Source of the DNA: Actinomycetota bacterium
GTDB taxonomy: Bacteria; Actinomycetota; Aquicultoria; UBA3085; Oleimmundimicrobiaceae
DNA: 53,958 bases
Reading direction: 5' to 3'
Assembly: GCA_011046085.1 (NCBI GenBank)
Contig: DSBK01000015.1
Span: forward strand, 1-53,958
How positions within the stretch are numbered: position 1 is the first letter of the stretch; each line of letters opens with the position of its first letter. The notes beneath the pieces are model-generated. The model made no database searches. It saw only the letters and a program-made list of their open reading frames with translations, and was not told the DNA's origin. Below, piece by piece: positions 7,106-15,915 of this stretch. The position numbers and the translations under genes were made by a program.

Positions 7106-8841
7106 ATGGATCACAAGAAAGGCAAGTTTCCTCTTTTCGAGTCGCTCAAAGCATCTGAAGGGGAGAAAGTTTCTGCCTTTTTAGTGTTTTACCGCTGGGC
7201 AAATTGGTTTTTGGCCTTAACACTTCTTTCTTTAGGAGCTGTCCCAAAAATTTCTTCCGCAAGGGCATGGTCTCTTATTGTTTTTGTATGTCTATACAAC
7301 ATCATCCTTGGAAGATACCACCCATATATTTATAAAAAGATTAAAAAACAGCCACTCTTTCTCGGCGTGGATTACCTGGTATGTTTCGGTCTCATTGCTT
7401 TAAGCGGCGGTTGGCGAAGTCCTTATTATCTCTACTCATTTAGCCCTCTTTTAATTGCTGCTCTTGTAGGTAAAGTTAAAGGTGGTTTCATGGGGGCATC
7501 TATTTCAGCCATTCTAAATCTTTCAGCGCTTGCCTTAAACGGATTTGTTCCTCAAAAAATGTTAGAGATGGGATTTGGCGACGATCTTGTAGCTGATCAA
7601 CTCAGCTACTTCTTAATCGGTATCTTTTTTACTTATCCCGCCATATTAATGAGGCGGCTGGACAAAAACAGAGCCATTTTAGAAACAACCAAGAAGAATT
7701 TAGAATTCCAAGTTGAGACATTAAAGTCCATTTATGTAATGGCGACGGCATTTACTTCAAAGTTTAAGGTCCAAGATGTTTTAAAGGAAGTTGTGGAGAG
7801 CGTAAGGAAAATAACTTCAGCAAATCAGGTGGGGGGCTGCCTTTACATCGAAGGAACTAACGGACTTTGTCTTGATTTATCGACCTTGGAGATTGTCGGC
7901 AAAAAGAATAAACGGGGTCAAAAAAGTGGGTGGGAAAAGAAGATAATCGGTGCAATTGAAGAATGCTCCGAAGACGTATTTCGTTGTCCAAAGCTATTGA
8001 ATAACAAAACGGGTAAAGAAGAATGGCTTATCTGTTTTCCCCTGGAAGCTCGAGATGAAAAGATAGGGATTTTAGTGCTTATAACTCAGAAGGTTTTTGA
8101 TGACAGAGATGAGATGGCGACGAAGATTATGGCAAGCTTTGGGACAATAGCTATAAAGAATATACGGCTGGTGGAAGAGAAACAGAAGATTATTTTGGTC
8201 GATGAACGCAAGCGCATCGCAAGAGATATGCATGACGGGGTCTCACAGGCGCTTTTTGGGATAAACATAAGTTTGGAAATTTGTAATGAACTTATATATA
8301 AAGATCCAGATGAAGTGGCCAAAACCCTTAAAGGGCTGCAAAAGGAAATTTCTCAGATTGCGAAAACGATGAGGGATTATATATATATGATTTACAGAAG
8401 GTTGATTTGGTTGAGGAGATAGAGTTGGGCGAAGCTTGTAAAAGGTGTGTCGAGCATTTTAACAAAAATTATCAAACCAGTATCATGTTTAATGTAATTG
8501 GAACAGAACAACTCATATCAAACGATGTTAAAAAGGCCATCTGTTATATTATGCGCGAGGCGCTTTACAACGTGATCAAACATGCGAAAGCGAGCTCTAC
8601 CAGCGTAAGTTTGCATTATGAGGATGATGCCGTTAAGCTAATTATTTGTGATGATGGGAAAGGTTTTGATGTGAGGGAAACTTTTACCAAAGCTGAGGAG
8701 GAAGGGAGTTTGGGCTTGTTCGGCATGAAAGACAAAGCGGAGAATTTAGGCGGTTCCTTGAAAATCGTTAGTGATGTTAAAAAGGGAACGAGAGTTGAGT
8801 TTGTCGCTTCGACTAAAGGAAACCCAAATGAAACAAGTTAA
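7106..8841 (+). pseudogene. Membrane sensor histidine kinase (TM helices-GAF-HisKA_3-HATPase) split by a 2-nt frameshift: 7106-8422 and 8407-8841
   Basis: ERKRIARDMHDGVSQ H-box in the first ORF; REALYNVIKHA, DDGKGF and GLFGM boxes in the second. Removing one AT from the (AT)5 at 8379-8388 fuses the frames (RDYIYDLQKVDLVEE). Confidence 0.85.
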
Positions 8842-9478
8842 GATTTTGGTTGCCGAAGATCATGATTTGGTTCGCAATAAATTAATTGCGGTGCTTAAAA
8901 TACGCGGGTTTGAAGTTATTGGTGAAGCGAAAAATGGCGAGCAGGCTGTCATTTGGGCCAGGAACTTAAAACCGGATATTGTGTTGATGGATTTAAAGAT
9001 GCCTAGGTTGGATGGAATTTCAGCATGTCGTAAGATTAAGAAATTTTTGCCGGAGTGTAAGGTGTTGGTTCTAACATCTTTTGATGAAGAGGAATTGATC
9101 CAGAATGCGGTAGACGTAGATGTTGATGGATATTTACTCAAAGACATTTCACCCAAAGATCTTATTGTAGCCATAAAGGAGACTTCTAAAGGCAATTATC
9201 CCTTAGATTCCCAAATTGCCAAAAAGGTGGTTGGAGAATTAAAAGCAAGAAGAGAAAAAGGAAGAAGGGCAGTAGCAAAACATGGGCTAACCCCTCGTGA
9301 ATTGGTCGTATTAAAGCTCATTGCTAAAGGGTATTCAAATAAAGAAATCGCGAATGAACTTATTTTATCCGAGCATACTGCCAAATACCACGTTTGCCAA
9401 ATTCTAAATAAACTTGGAAAAAATGACCGCTTACAAGCCGTTATATATGCTTTGAAGTGCGGGATTATAAGAAAATAA
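8828..9478 (+). CDS. NarL/LuxR-family response regulator
   Basis: Receiver (AEDH, LMDLKMP, GYLLK) plus LuxR HTH (LTPRELVVL...SNKEIA). Confidence 0.93.
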   Translation: MKQVKILVAEDHDLVRNKLIAVLKIRGFEVIGEAKNGEQAVIWARNLKPDIVLMDLKMPRLDGISACRKIKKFLPECKVLVLTSFDEEELIQNAVDVDVDGYLLKDISPKDLIVAIKETSKGNYPLDSQIAKKVVGELKARREKGRRAVAKHGLTPRELVVLKLIAKGYSNKEIANELILSEHTAKYHVCQILNKLGKNDRLQAVIYALKCGIIRK

Positions 9479-9508
9479 TGAAAGTAAAATTCAATGCTAA
9501 TGGGTAGG

Positions 9509-9537
9509 TTGTTTTTTTGTGCTTCTGAATTTATAAT
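9509..9537 (+). promoter_or_regulatory. SigA-type promoter for the zinc ribbon-kinase-regulator operon
   Basis: TTGTTT-N17-TATAAT. Confidence 0.5.
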
Positions 9538-9603
9538 CTATATGTGCATTTATCCAGAGGACGATTGTTTTTTGGAAAATTATTTTGGAGGCAAAAAAAT
9601 ATT

Positions 9604-9765
9604 ATGCAAAAAAACATTTGCCCGCGTTGTGGAGCGGAAAACTACACTGCGTCCAGATTAAAGCTCCCACCTTGCCATAATTGCGGATATGATTTTAATC
9701 TTTCTTCAGACAAAGATTTAACCGAGGACAAAGAAGAATTTAAGGAAGCTGAAGAGGAACAGTAA
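9604..9765 (+). CDS. 53-aa zinc-ribbon microprotein with acidic tail
   Basis: GGAGG RBS, CPRC...CHNC, and a DKEEFKEAEEEQ tail. Confidence 0.65.
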   Translation: MQKNICPRCGAENYTASRLKLPPCHNCGYDFNLSSDKDLTEDKEEFKEAEEEQ

Positions 9766-9811
9766 TTATTTTTTGCAATACTCCTGAAGATAAAAAAACT
9801 TAAAGGGGTAG

Positions 9812-10504
9812 ATGTATGTGGGAAATCTTAAGGCAGGAAATTCTGCGGACGAAATTTTTACAGAATTGGCCAATGCTCAAGAAAAAGAGAGAAAAAGAAT
9901 AGCTTTTGATATACATGATGGGCCCGCTCAATCTATCTCAAGCGCTCTTTTGCAAATTGGTATAATGGAAGAGCTTTTCGATGCGGATGGTTTAGAAGAA
10001 GAATTTATTGAATTAAAAAAAATTCTTAAGTCAATATTGGAAGAATTGCAAAATATAATTAATCAGCTTTATCCTCGCTCTCTAATGCCGGAAGGGCTCG
10101 TACCCAAAGTAAAATGTCACATCGAAGAATTTAAGGCAAGAACGAACATAAATGTTAATTTGAAGGTTATTGGAGAAGAACGTGAGTTAACTACCTCTGC
10201 GCAAATTGCGATTTTTCGGGTTATTCAGGAGGCGCTTACTAATGTTCATAAACATGCTGATGCTGACAGGGTGGATGTTGAGTTGCGTCTAAAAAGAAAA
10301 GAGATAGAGTGTTTTGTTGCTGATAACGGAAAGGGTTTTTTGATTGATGAGGCAATAAAGTTTTTGCCTGAAGCAGATTGTTTTGGTTTGATGGGGATGT
10401 ATGAAAGAGTGGGGCTTCTTGGCGGGATGCTAAACATAGTAAGTGAGCCTAACAAAGGAGCCAAGATTAAGATTAAAGTTCCAATTTGGGAACAGCGGGA
10501 TTGA
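9812..10504 (+). CDS. Cytoplasmic sensor-less DegS-like histidine kinase (HisKA_3 + HATPase)
   Basis: AQEKERKRIAFDIHDGPAQ, QEALTNVHKHA, DNGKGF and GLMGMYER. Only ~20 aa precede the H-box helix. Confidence 0.9.
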   Translation: MYVGNLKAGNSADEIFTELANAQEKERKRIAFDIHDGPAQSISSALLQIGIMEELFDADGLEEEFIELKKILKSILEELQNIINQLYPRSLMPEGLVPKVKCHIEEFKARTNINVNLKVIGEERELTTSAQIAIFRVIQEALTNVHKHADADRVDVELRLKRKEIECFVADNGKGFLIDEAIKFLPEADCFGLMGMYERVGLLGGMLNIVSEPNKGAKIKIKVPIWEQRD

Positions 10505-10516
10505 GGGGGAAAACAC

Positions 10517-11170
10517 GTGGATAAGATTAGAGTAGTTGTTGTCGATGATCACGCTCTCATGAGGGATGGTATAAAAAAGGCATTAGAAAGAAATTCTGAT
10601 ATCCATGTTGTGGGAGAGGCATCAACGGGCGAAAAAGCCATTAAGCTGATAGATTCTCTCGAAACCGATCTGGTTTTATTGGATTTGCGACTGCCCGATA
10701 TCGATGGTATCTCGGTTTTAAAAAAGCTATTGGTTAGCTTCCCATTTTTAAAGGTGATTATTCTTTCTGTTTTTGAGGATGAGAATCATGTTAAATCTGC
10801 CCTTAAAAATGGAGCAAGCGGTTATTTGACCAAGTCCATAGGTCCGAGAAAACTAATTGAAGCCGTGAGGCGCGCGGCAAACGGCCAAAGCCCATTTTCT
10901 TTGGAGGCAACGACAAGTCTTGTTTCATTTTTTCGACACAGTGATTGCGAATCCTCTTTGAGGAAGCTTACTTCCAGAGAATCGGAGGTATGGCAATTGA
11001 TTTCTTTGGGTGCAAGCAATGCCGAGATTTGCGAAAAACTTTTTATTTCTCAAGGTACGGTTAAATTTCACATCAGGAATATCTTCCACAAGCTGGGGGT
11101 CAAAAATCGCGTTGAAGCCGCCTCTTTGGCCCACCGTCATGAGCTTTTCGAATCTGAAGTCCTTCATTAA
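10517..11170 (+). CDS. NarL/LuxR-family response regulator
   Basis: VVDDHALMRDG, LLDLRLP, and the LTSRESEV...SNAEI...TVKFH HTH. Confidence 0.93.
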   Translation: MDKIRVVVVDDHALMRDGIKKALERNSDIHVVGEASTGEKAIKLIDSLETDLVLLDLRLPDIDGISVLKKLLVSFPFLKVIILSVFEDENHVKSALKNGASGYLTKSIGPRKLIEAVRRAANGQSPFSLEATTSLVSFFRHSDCESSLRKLTSRESEVWQLISLGASNAEICEKLFISQGTVKFHIRNIFHKLGVKNRVEAASLAHRHELFESEVLH

Positions 11171-11313
11171 CTTACCAGTTCATTATTCGTTGCTCATTGT
11201 TTACTCCATACCCTTCTCCTTTACCCTTATACTTTCCTTTCACTCATCCATTTGTTTTTCCTGAGGGCTGGCGACTGGCAGATGAAAGCTGAATTCCATG
11301 TTCCATATTCCCA

Positions 11314-11401
11314 GTCATTGCGAGCCCGAAGGGCGCGGCAATCTCTTGAGATTACTTCGCTATACCTGCCCTGCGTTCATCGAGGGGCTCCTCGTAATGA
11401 C
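11314..11401. mobile_element. REP/RPE-like palindromic miniature element, copy 2
   Basis: GTCATTGCGAG...GGCAATCTCTTGAGATTAC...CTCGTAATGAC. Confidence 0.75.
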
Positions 11402-11465
11402 GGAAAAAGTTCATCAACTTCCCCCCTTACCCATTACCCTTAACTATCTGCCATCAGCCCCGCCA

Positions 11466-11740
11466 CCTGCCCGCCAACCCGCAGCGGGTCATAGGCGTAG
11501 GCAGGCGGGGAAAAATAGGTTGTTCAGGAAATAAGCCGAAGCTGTTTGAGCCTCGATTTATCGGGGCGAGTTCTGCAGGCGCCTGAACAACCGTTATTTT
11601 GGAGCCGTTCAAAAAATGATCGGCCGTCCAGCTCAGGAATTTCGATGAAATCTCTTTATCAATCTCAATATTTGTAGATTTCACAAAATTCCCTCGTCTT
11701 TTGCTTCGTTTTCTTTGACGAGCAAGAAAACGAAGGAGCT
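11466..11740. repeat. Further palindromic miniature repeats
   Basis: CCTGCCCGCC...GGCGTAGGCAGG, and a CTTCGTTTTCTT-TGACGAGC-AAGAAAACGAAG hairpin. Confidence 0.5.
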
Positions 11741-11815
11741 AAGTTTTGCTCTGCGAGAGTGAGCGAATAAGCTTCGCCCTATCAGTTAATAGGAATGCTG
11801 GCGGCAGCCATTAGC

Positions 11816-11883
11816 TACCTATCCTTTCGGTCAGGTAAAAAACCATCCCAAAAGTCAGGTAAAAAACCATCCCCTGGGCTGAA
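11816..11883 (+). promoter_or_regulatory. 24-bp-period operator-like direct repeats
   Basis: GTCAGGTAAAAAACCATCCC exact at 11830 and 11854, with degenerate flanking units, upstream of TAAAAT and the receiver gene. Confidence 0.6.
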
Positions 11884-11950
11884 GCAATCCTTTTCATTCT
11901 TTCTTAAAATTTGATCAGTAAATATTTTTAGAAATTTAGTTGGAGTAGCA

Positions 11951-12346
11951 ATGCATTCCATAAGAGTTATGTTGGTCGATGACAACAAACGCTTTCAAAC
12001 TTTATTGAGCAGGTATCTTGATCTTCAGCAGGATATTGAAGTTGTTGGAAAGGCGAGCAATGGAAAGGAAGCAGTTTCAATGTTCGATGAGCTTTTGCCC
12101 GATGTGGTGCTTATGGATTTGGCAATGCCGGTTATGGATGGAGTAACAAGCATGCAAAAGATTAAAGAAGCTCATCCTGCGGCAAAAGTGGTGGTTCTAA
12201 CCGCTCACAACACCATTGATTACAAGGAGCAAAGCAAAGAGGCGGAGGCCGATGGTTACGTGCTAAAGAGCATGTCAAGCAGTGCGCTCATCTCCACCAT
12301 TAAGAAGGTGATATCACAGCCACCACACCAGATTTTGCCCGACTAG
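11951..12346 (+). CDS. Stand-alone receiver-domain response regulator (NarL-type REC, no output domain)
   Basis: VMLVDD, VLMDLAMP, VLTA and GYVLK; 131 aa. Confidence 0.9.
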   Translation: MHSIRVMLVDDNKRFQTLLSRYLDLQQDIEVVGKASNGKEAVSMFDELLPDVVLMDLAMPVMDGVTSMQKIKEAHPAAKVVVLTAHNTIDYKEQSKEAEADGYVLKSMSSSALISTIKKVISQPPHQILPD

Positions 12347-12635
12347 CTAGTCGGGAGTCTGTTAGTTGGGAGTGGGGAGCTAAAAACTGGAGACTGGAGA
12401 CTGAAAAAAGCTGGCAGCTGGAGACTGAAAGGCTGGCAGCTGAGTTTAGGGAGTCGAGAGGCGTGGCTGGGTTTGGCCAACCGGAGCCCGGTTAGGGCAA
12501 AAATGATTAAGGATCTGGTCGAATGCAGCTTACGTCAGGAAGGTCGGGGTAGCGTAGCGGTAACTTGCGATTAACCCGCGCAAATATGCGCTAATCAGCG
12601 CAAATCTGCGTTATTAATCTGCGAAAATCCGCGTC
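12347..12635. repeat. Heptamer-type and AATCTGCG-type short repeats
   Basis: Runs of CTGGAGA/CTGGCAG and of AAATCTGCG/AATCAGCG/AATCCGCG. Confidence 0.6.
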
Positions 12636-12656
12636 TAAGAAGGGAGGAAAAACCAA

Positions 12657-13154
12657 ATGAGAAGAAAGATAATGGTTAGCTTGCTCGTGATCGCCGTGAC
12701 CGCCGTTATGGTAGGAGGAGCGAGCCTGGCAATCTTCACCGATTCGGCCAGCAACACGGGAAATACCTTCGCCACGGGCACGGTTGATATCGCGCTCTCA
12801 CCTGCAAGCGCACTCGTCACCCACGGCAACATGGCTCCTGGTGATTCCGTCAGTGGCGACCTTACTGTGACAAATTCCGGCAGTCTGGAGCTCAGGTATG
12901 CCATGACCACCACTGGAGACGACGCTAGCACCTTAGATGAGCAGCTCGAGTGCACGATTAAGGACAGCTCAGATACTGTGCTTTACACGGGTCCTCTGTC
13001 GGGAGCTCAGCTTGGGGACAGGGTGCTTGATTCGGGGGATAGCGAGGTGCTCACGTTCATCGTCGAGCTGCCGCTTGATACCGACAACGATTACCAAGGA
13101 CAGAGTTGCACCGTGAGCTTTGACTTTGCCGCGGAGCAGACAGCTAACAACTAA
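12657..13154 (+). CDS. TasA/CalY (camelysin)-family protein with SipW-type signal peptide
   Basis: Signal ...VGGASLA/IFTDSASNTGNTFATGTVDI, plus NMAPGD, VTNSGSL and NDYQG. Confidence 0.85.
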   Translation: MRRKIMVSLLVIAVTAVMVGGASLAIFTDSASNTGNTFATGTVDIALSPASALVTHGNMAPGDSVSGDLTVTNSGSLELRYAMTTTGDDASTLDEQLECTIKDSSDTVLYTGPLSGAQLGDRVLDSGDSEVLTFIVELPLDTDNDYQGQSCTVSFDFAAEQTANN

Positions 13155-13225
13155 ATCGATGGGCGCCTAGCCCACCAGTGATGGACGAGTAACCCATCAC
13201 TTCTCTTATAAGAGAGGAGTGCTTT

Positions 13226-13837
13226 ATGAAAAACCGAATACTTGTTTCGGTGCTGGTAGTCACCACAACACTCGTCCTCGTCGGTGGAGCAACTTTTGCG
13301 CTGTTTACGGACTCGGCGTCGAATACGGGAAACTCCTTTGAAACTGGTACGGTAGTCATCACGGCGGAGAGAAACTTGGGAGAAGCGATACCCGGACCGA
13401 TGTTCTACACAACCGCCTTACAGGGTGCACCCCCAGCTACTGGTGGATTGTATCCCACGGGCGAGTACTATCCGGGTCAATCGTTTGCCCGGTATCTCAA
13501 CGTTAAAAACGAAGGAACGCTGAATGTCTATCTGTACCAGGTGGGAGCAACCGTAACCGATGCCACTCCTGGCGACGGTGTGGATGACACGGTGTTGGCA
13601 GGTGGGCTTAATGTTCGAATAGAGCAGGCCCTTTCGGGGACACTTCTTTACGACGGCACTTTGGCCGCTCTGACGGCGGGGCCCGTGAACACCGTAAATC
13701 TCCTCCCGATTGCAGTTGGGGGGACGCAGAATCTGAAATACACCGTCAGTATGCCCATCGATGCGGGCGACGTGTACCAGGGTAAAAGCATCATAGTTGA
13801 GTTCGTGGTGTATGCGAGACAACAGGCAAACATCTAG
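13226..13837 (+). CDS. TasA/CalY-family protein with SipW-type signal peptide
   Basis: ...VGGATFA/LFTDSASNTGNSFETGTV, plus YPGQ, VKNEGTL and DVYQG. Confidence 0.85.
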   Translation: MKNRILVSVLVVTTTLVLVGGATFALFTDSASNTGNSFETGTVVITAERNLGEAIPGPMFYTTALQGAPPATGGLYPTGEYYPGQSFARYLNVKNEGTLNVYLYQVGATVTDATPGDGVDDTVLAGGLNVRIEQALSGTLLYDGTLAALTAGPVNTVNLLPIAVGGTQNLKYTVSMPIDAGDVYQGKSIIVEFVVYARQQANI

Positions 13838-13875
13838 ATTCCTATGGTGTTTTGCCCAGAGCGAAGTACAAAACA

Positions 13876-13903
13876 GCGTGAGGGGTGTTAAGCCCCTCAC
13901 GCC
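13876..13903 (+). terminator. Hairpin after the two tasA-like genes
   Basis: Perfect 10-bp stem GCGTGAGGGG-TGTTAAG-CCCCTCACGC with a weak U-tract. Confidence 0.6.
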
Positions 13904-14020
13904 CGTCTTCATATCTTTTATATCTTTTTATATTTGTGATAAGTTAGCAGACAGGGCAAAGAAAAGAAGGGGAATGGGTAATGGGTGAAGGGGAAAGTTA
14001 AAGATAAGGAACTTTTCCCT

Positions 14021-14109
14021 TCATTGCGAGCGACTGAAAGGAGCGCGGCAATCTCATACTTTGTAATAAAAAGCAGATTGCTTCGGTTGTTATACTCCCT
14101 CGCAATGAC
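14021..14109. mobile_element. REP/RPE-like palindromic miniature element, copy 3
   Basis: TCATTGCGAG...GGCAATCTC...AGATTGCTTCG...CTCGCAATGAC. Confidence 0.75.
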
Positions 14110-14194
14110 CGTAAGTATGGAGTATGGTTTGTGGCTGATAGCTGGAAGCTGAGGACTGCCAGGTACTGGCCTGTATCAGGGAGGCTGGAGCAGA

Positions 14195-14770
14195 ATGATA
14201 AAAAAATTCTTTAAGTGGACAATGACAATTGGTTTAATTTTGGTGTTATTGCTGGCAGTTTTCTCCGTGTTTATGCAGGTAAGACCCTTTGAGAAAGCAC
14301 CTTGGATTAAGGGCTATAAGCCCTTGACGGTCTTGGGCGGAAGCATGGAGCCGGCAATTCATGTGGGGAGCGTCCTCTTTGTAAAGCCGATAGAGGCAGC
14401 CGATATTGAAGAAGGCGATATCATTACCTTCAAAACTCCGCAGGATTCAAAAGTTTTTGAAGACCATTCCAAGAGTTTAACCACCCACAGGGTAGTGGAT
14501 GTTGTTAATGAGGGCGGATCTTTGGGTTTTAAGACCATGGGTGATGCCAACGAGGGTCCTGATGGCTGGATTGTTCCGGCAGAAGATGTCCTTGGCGAAG
14601 CAAGTTTTAACGTTCCCTACGCTGGTTATTTCGTTAGCTTCGCCAGGACGAGAAACGGCTTTCTGTTTTTAATAATCCTGCCCGCGGCTCTCATAATAAT
14701 TGGCGAGATTAGAAACATCTTTAAGTGCGTAAAAGAGAACACGAAGCCAAAAGAGGTTTCTGAGGTGTAA
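14195..14770 (+). CDS. sipW: ER-type signal peptidase I (SipW, Ser-His dyad)
   Basis: VLGGSMEPAI, GDIITF, TTHRVV, KTMGDAN...D, and N- and C-terminal TM helices. Confidence 0.9.
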   Translation: MIKKFFKWTMTIGLILVLLLAVFSVFMQVRPFEKAPWIKGYKPLTVLGGSMEPAIHVGSVLFVKPIEAADIEEGDIITFKTPQDSKVFEDHSKSLTTHRVVDVVNEGGSLGFKTMGDANEGPDGWIVPAEDVLGEASFNVPYAGYFVSFARTRNGFLFLIILPAALIIIGEIRNIFKCVKENTKPKEVSEV

Positions 14771-14774
14771 TAAA

Positions 14775-15767
14775 ATGATTAAGAGAAAAATTATCTTACA
14801 TTTTATGTCTTTACTTGTACTGATTTCGCTGGTGAGTGGGGCAACGCATGCTCTTTTCACCGATATGGAGACCAACACGGGGAACACATTCACCACTGCT
14901 TGTTTTGACGACGCCTTTGTTTTATCCTCGGGAACATCCAAGGCGACCAGGACATCCATCGCTCCATCACCACCCAAAACATCCTTTCCCATCGCAAGTG
15001 TGGATAAAGATGGAAATCTCGCCCTTGATTTTGGTGAAGTTCCGTCGGGAAACTCCAACAATTCTCCCGATGTTTTCAGAATTAAAAGCATTTGGAGAGA
15101 CACTTTAACTGTGCAGGTTGAATTGTCCGATGAATTGAAACCGTTGTTTAAATACATAGAGGTTGGCAAAGGCGTAAGCTCCATTGCCATTGATTCAGGT
15201 GAGGAGGTGCAGGTGGCCGCCAAACTCAATGTTCCCAATGATGCGGTTCCAGGAGATTATAGAGGATACGTCATTGTGAGCGCCCATAACGGGTTCTTTA
15301 TGAAGAAAATCCCTGCTTTGCTTAGCGTAGTCGAACATCCTACTCCTCCAATTATTTTGGATGCCTCCAGCACAACCGAAACGGCTGATTTTACCACGGA
15401 GACCGTTGTAAGTGATGAAGCGGATACGGTTAAGGAAATACCGACAGAGGAAGAAGTAATCGAAACAAACACTCTACCTGTGAGCATAACCTCTCCAGGC
15501 GGTGGCGCAGAGCTTTGCGGCACCGTTAACATCATCACGAATGTTGAAAGTAGCTCGGCCACACACAGAAACATCAGGCATGTAGTTTTTTATATAGATG
15601 GAGAAGAGGTTGGAAAAATACAAGGAGACGGCCCTAACTCCACTTATATATATACCTGGGATACCACGGCGGCGCTTGGCGGTAAGCATACCTTAATGGT
15701 CGAAGCACATTATACGGCAGGTACCGAAGTTTCAGAGGAAATAGTGGTTATGGTCAACAATAGTTGA
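14775..15767 (+). CDS. SipW-substrate protein: TasA-like N-terminus, Thr/Glu linker, C-terminal bacterial Ig-like domain
   Basis: SGATHA/LFTDMETNTGNTFT; C-terminal VSITSP...VVFYIDG...YTWDTT...GKHTLMVEA. Confidence 0.75.
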   Translation: MIKRKIILHFMSLLVLISLVSGATHALFTDMETNTGNTFTTACFDDAFVLSSGTSKATRTSIAPSPPKTSFPIASVDKDGNLALDFGEVPSGNSNNSPDVFRIKSIWRDTLTVQVELSDELKPLFKYIEVGKGVSSIAIDSGEEVQVAAKLNVPNDAVPGDYRGYVIVSAHNGFFMKKIPALLSVVEHPTPPIILDASSTTETADFTTETVVSDEADTVKEIPTEEEVIETNTLPVSITSPGGGAELCGTVNIITNVESSSATHRNIRHVVFYIDGEEVGKIQGDGPNSTYIYTWDTTAALGGKHTLMVEAHYTAGTEVSEEIVVMVNNS

Positions 15768-15829
15768 GGCCTTGACTTAGCAGGGGGTATTTTTCTCATT
15801 ATTGTGAAGGAGAGGTAGACAATAACCTT

Positions 15830-15915
15830 GTCTTTACAAGGAGTTCTTCGACGAACTCAGGGCAGGCATAGCAAAGTAATCTAAAGATTGCCGCGCTCTT
15901 CGGGCTTACAATGAC
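15830..15915. mobile_element. REP/RPE-like palindromic element, copy 4 (inverted relative to copy 2)
   Basis: Aligns end to end with the reverse complement of 11314-11401, with about 12 mismatches and 2 gaps by eye. Confidence 0.75.

Noticed and set aside
11252-11684. Several short ORFs
   Set aside because: They are translations of palindromic repeats.
11830-11873. CRISPR array
   Set aside because: Only two exact 20-bp repeats separated by 4 bp; no spacers and no cas operon.
12525-12560. SRP RNA-like GTCAGGAAGG..GTAGC
   Set aside because: Does not form the helix-8 GNRA hairpin or the flanking rod.
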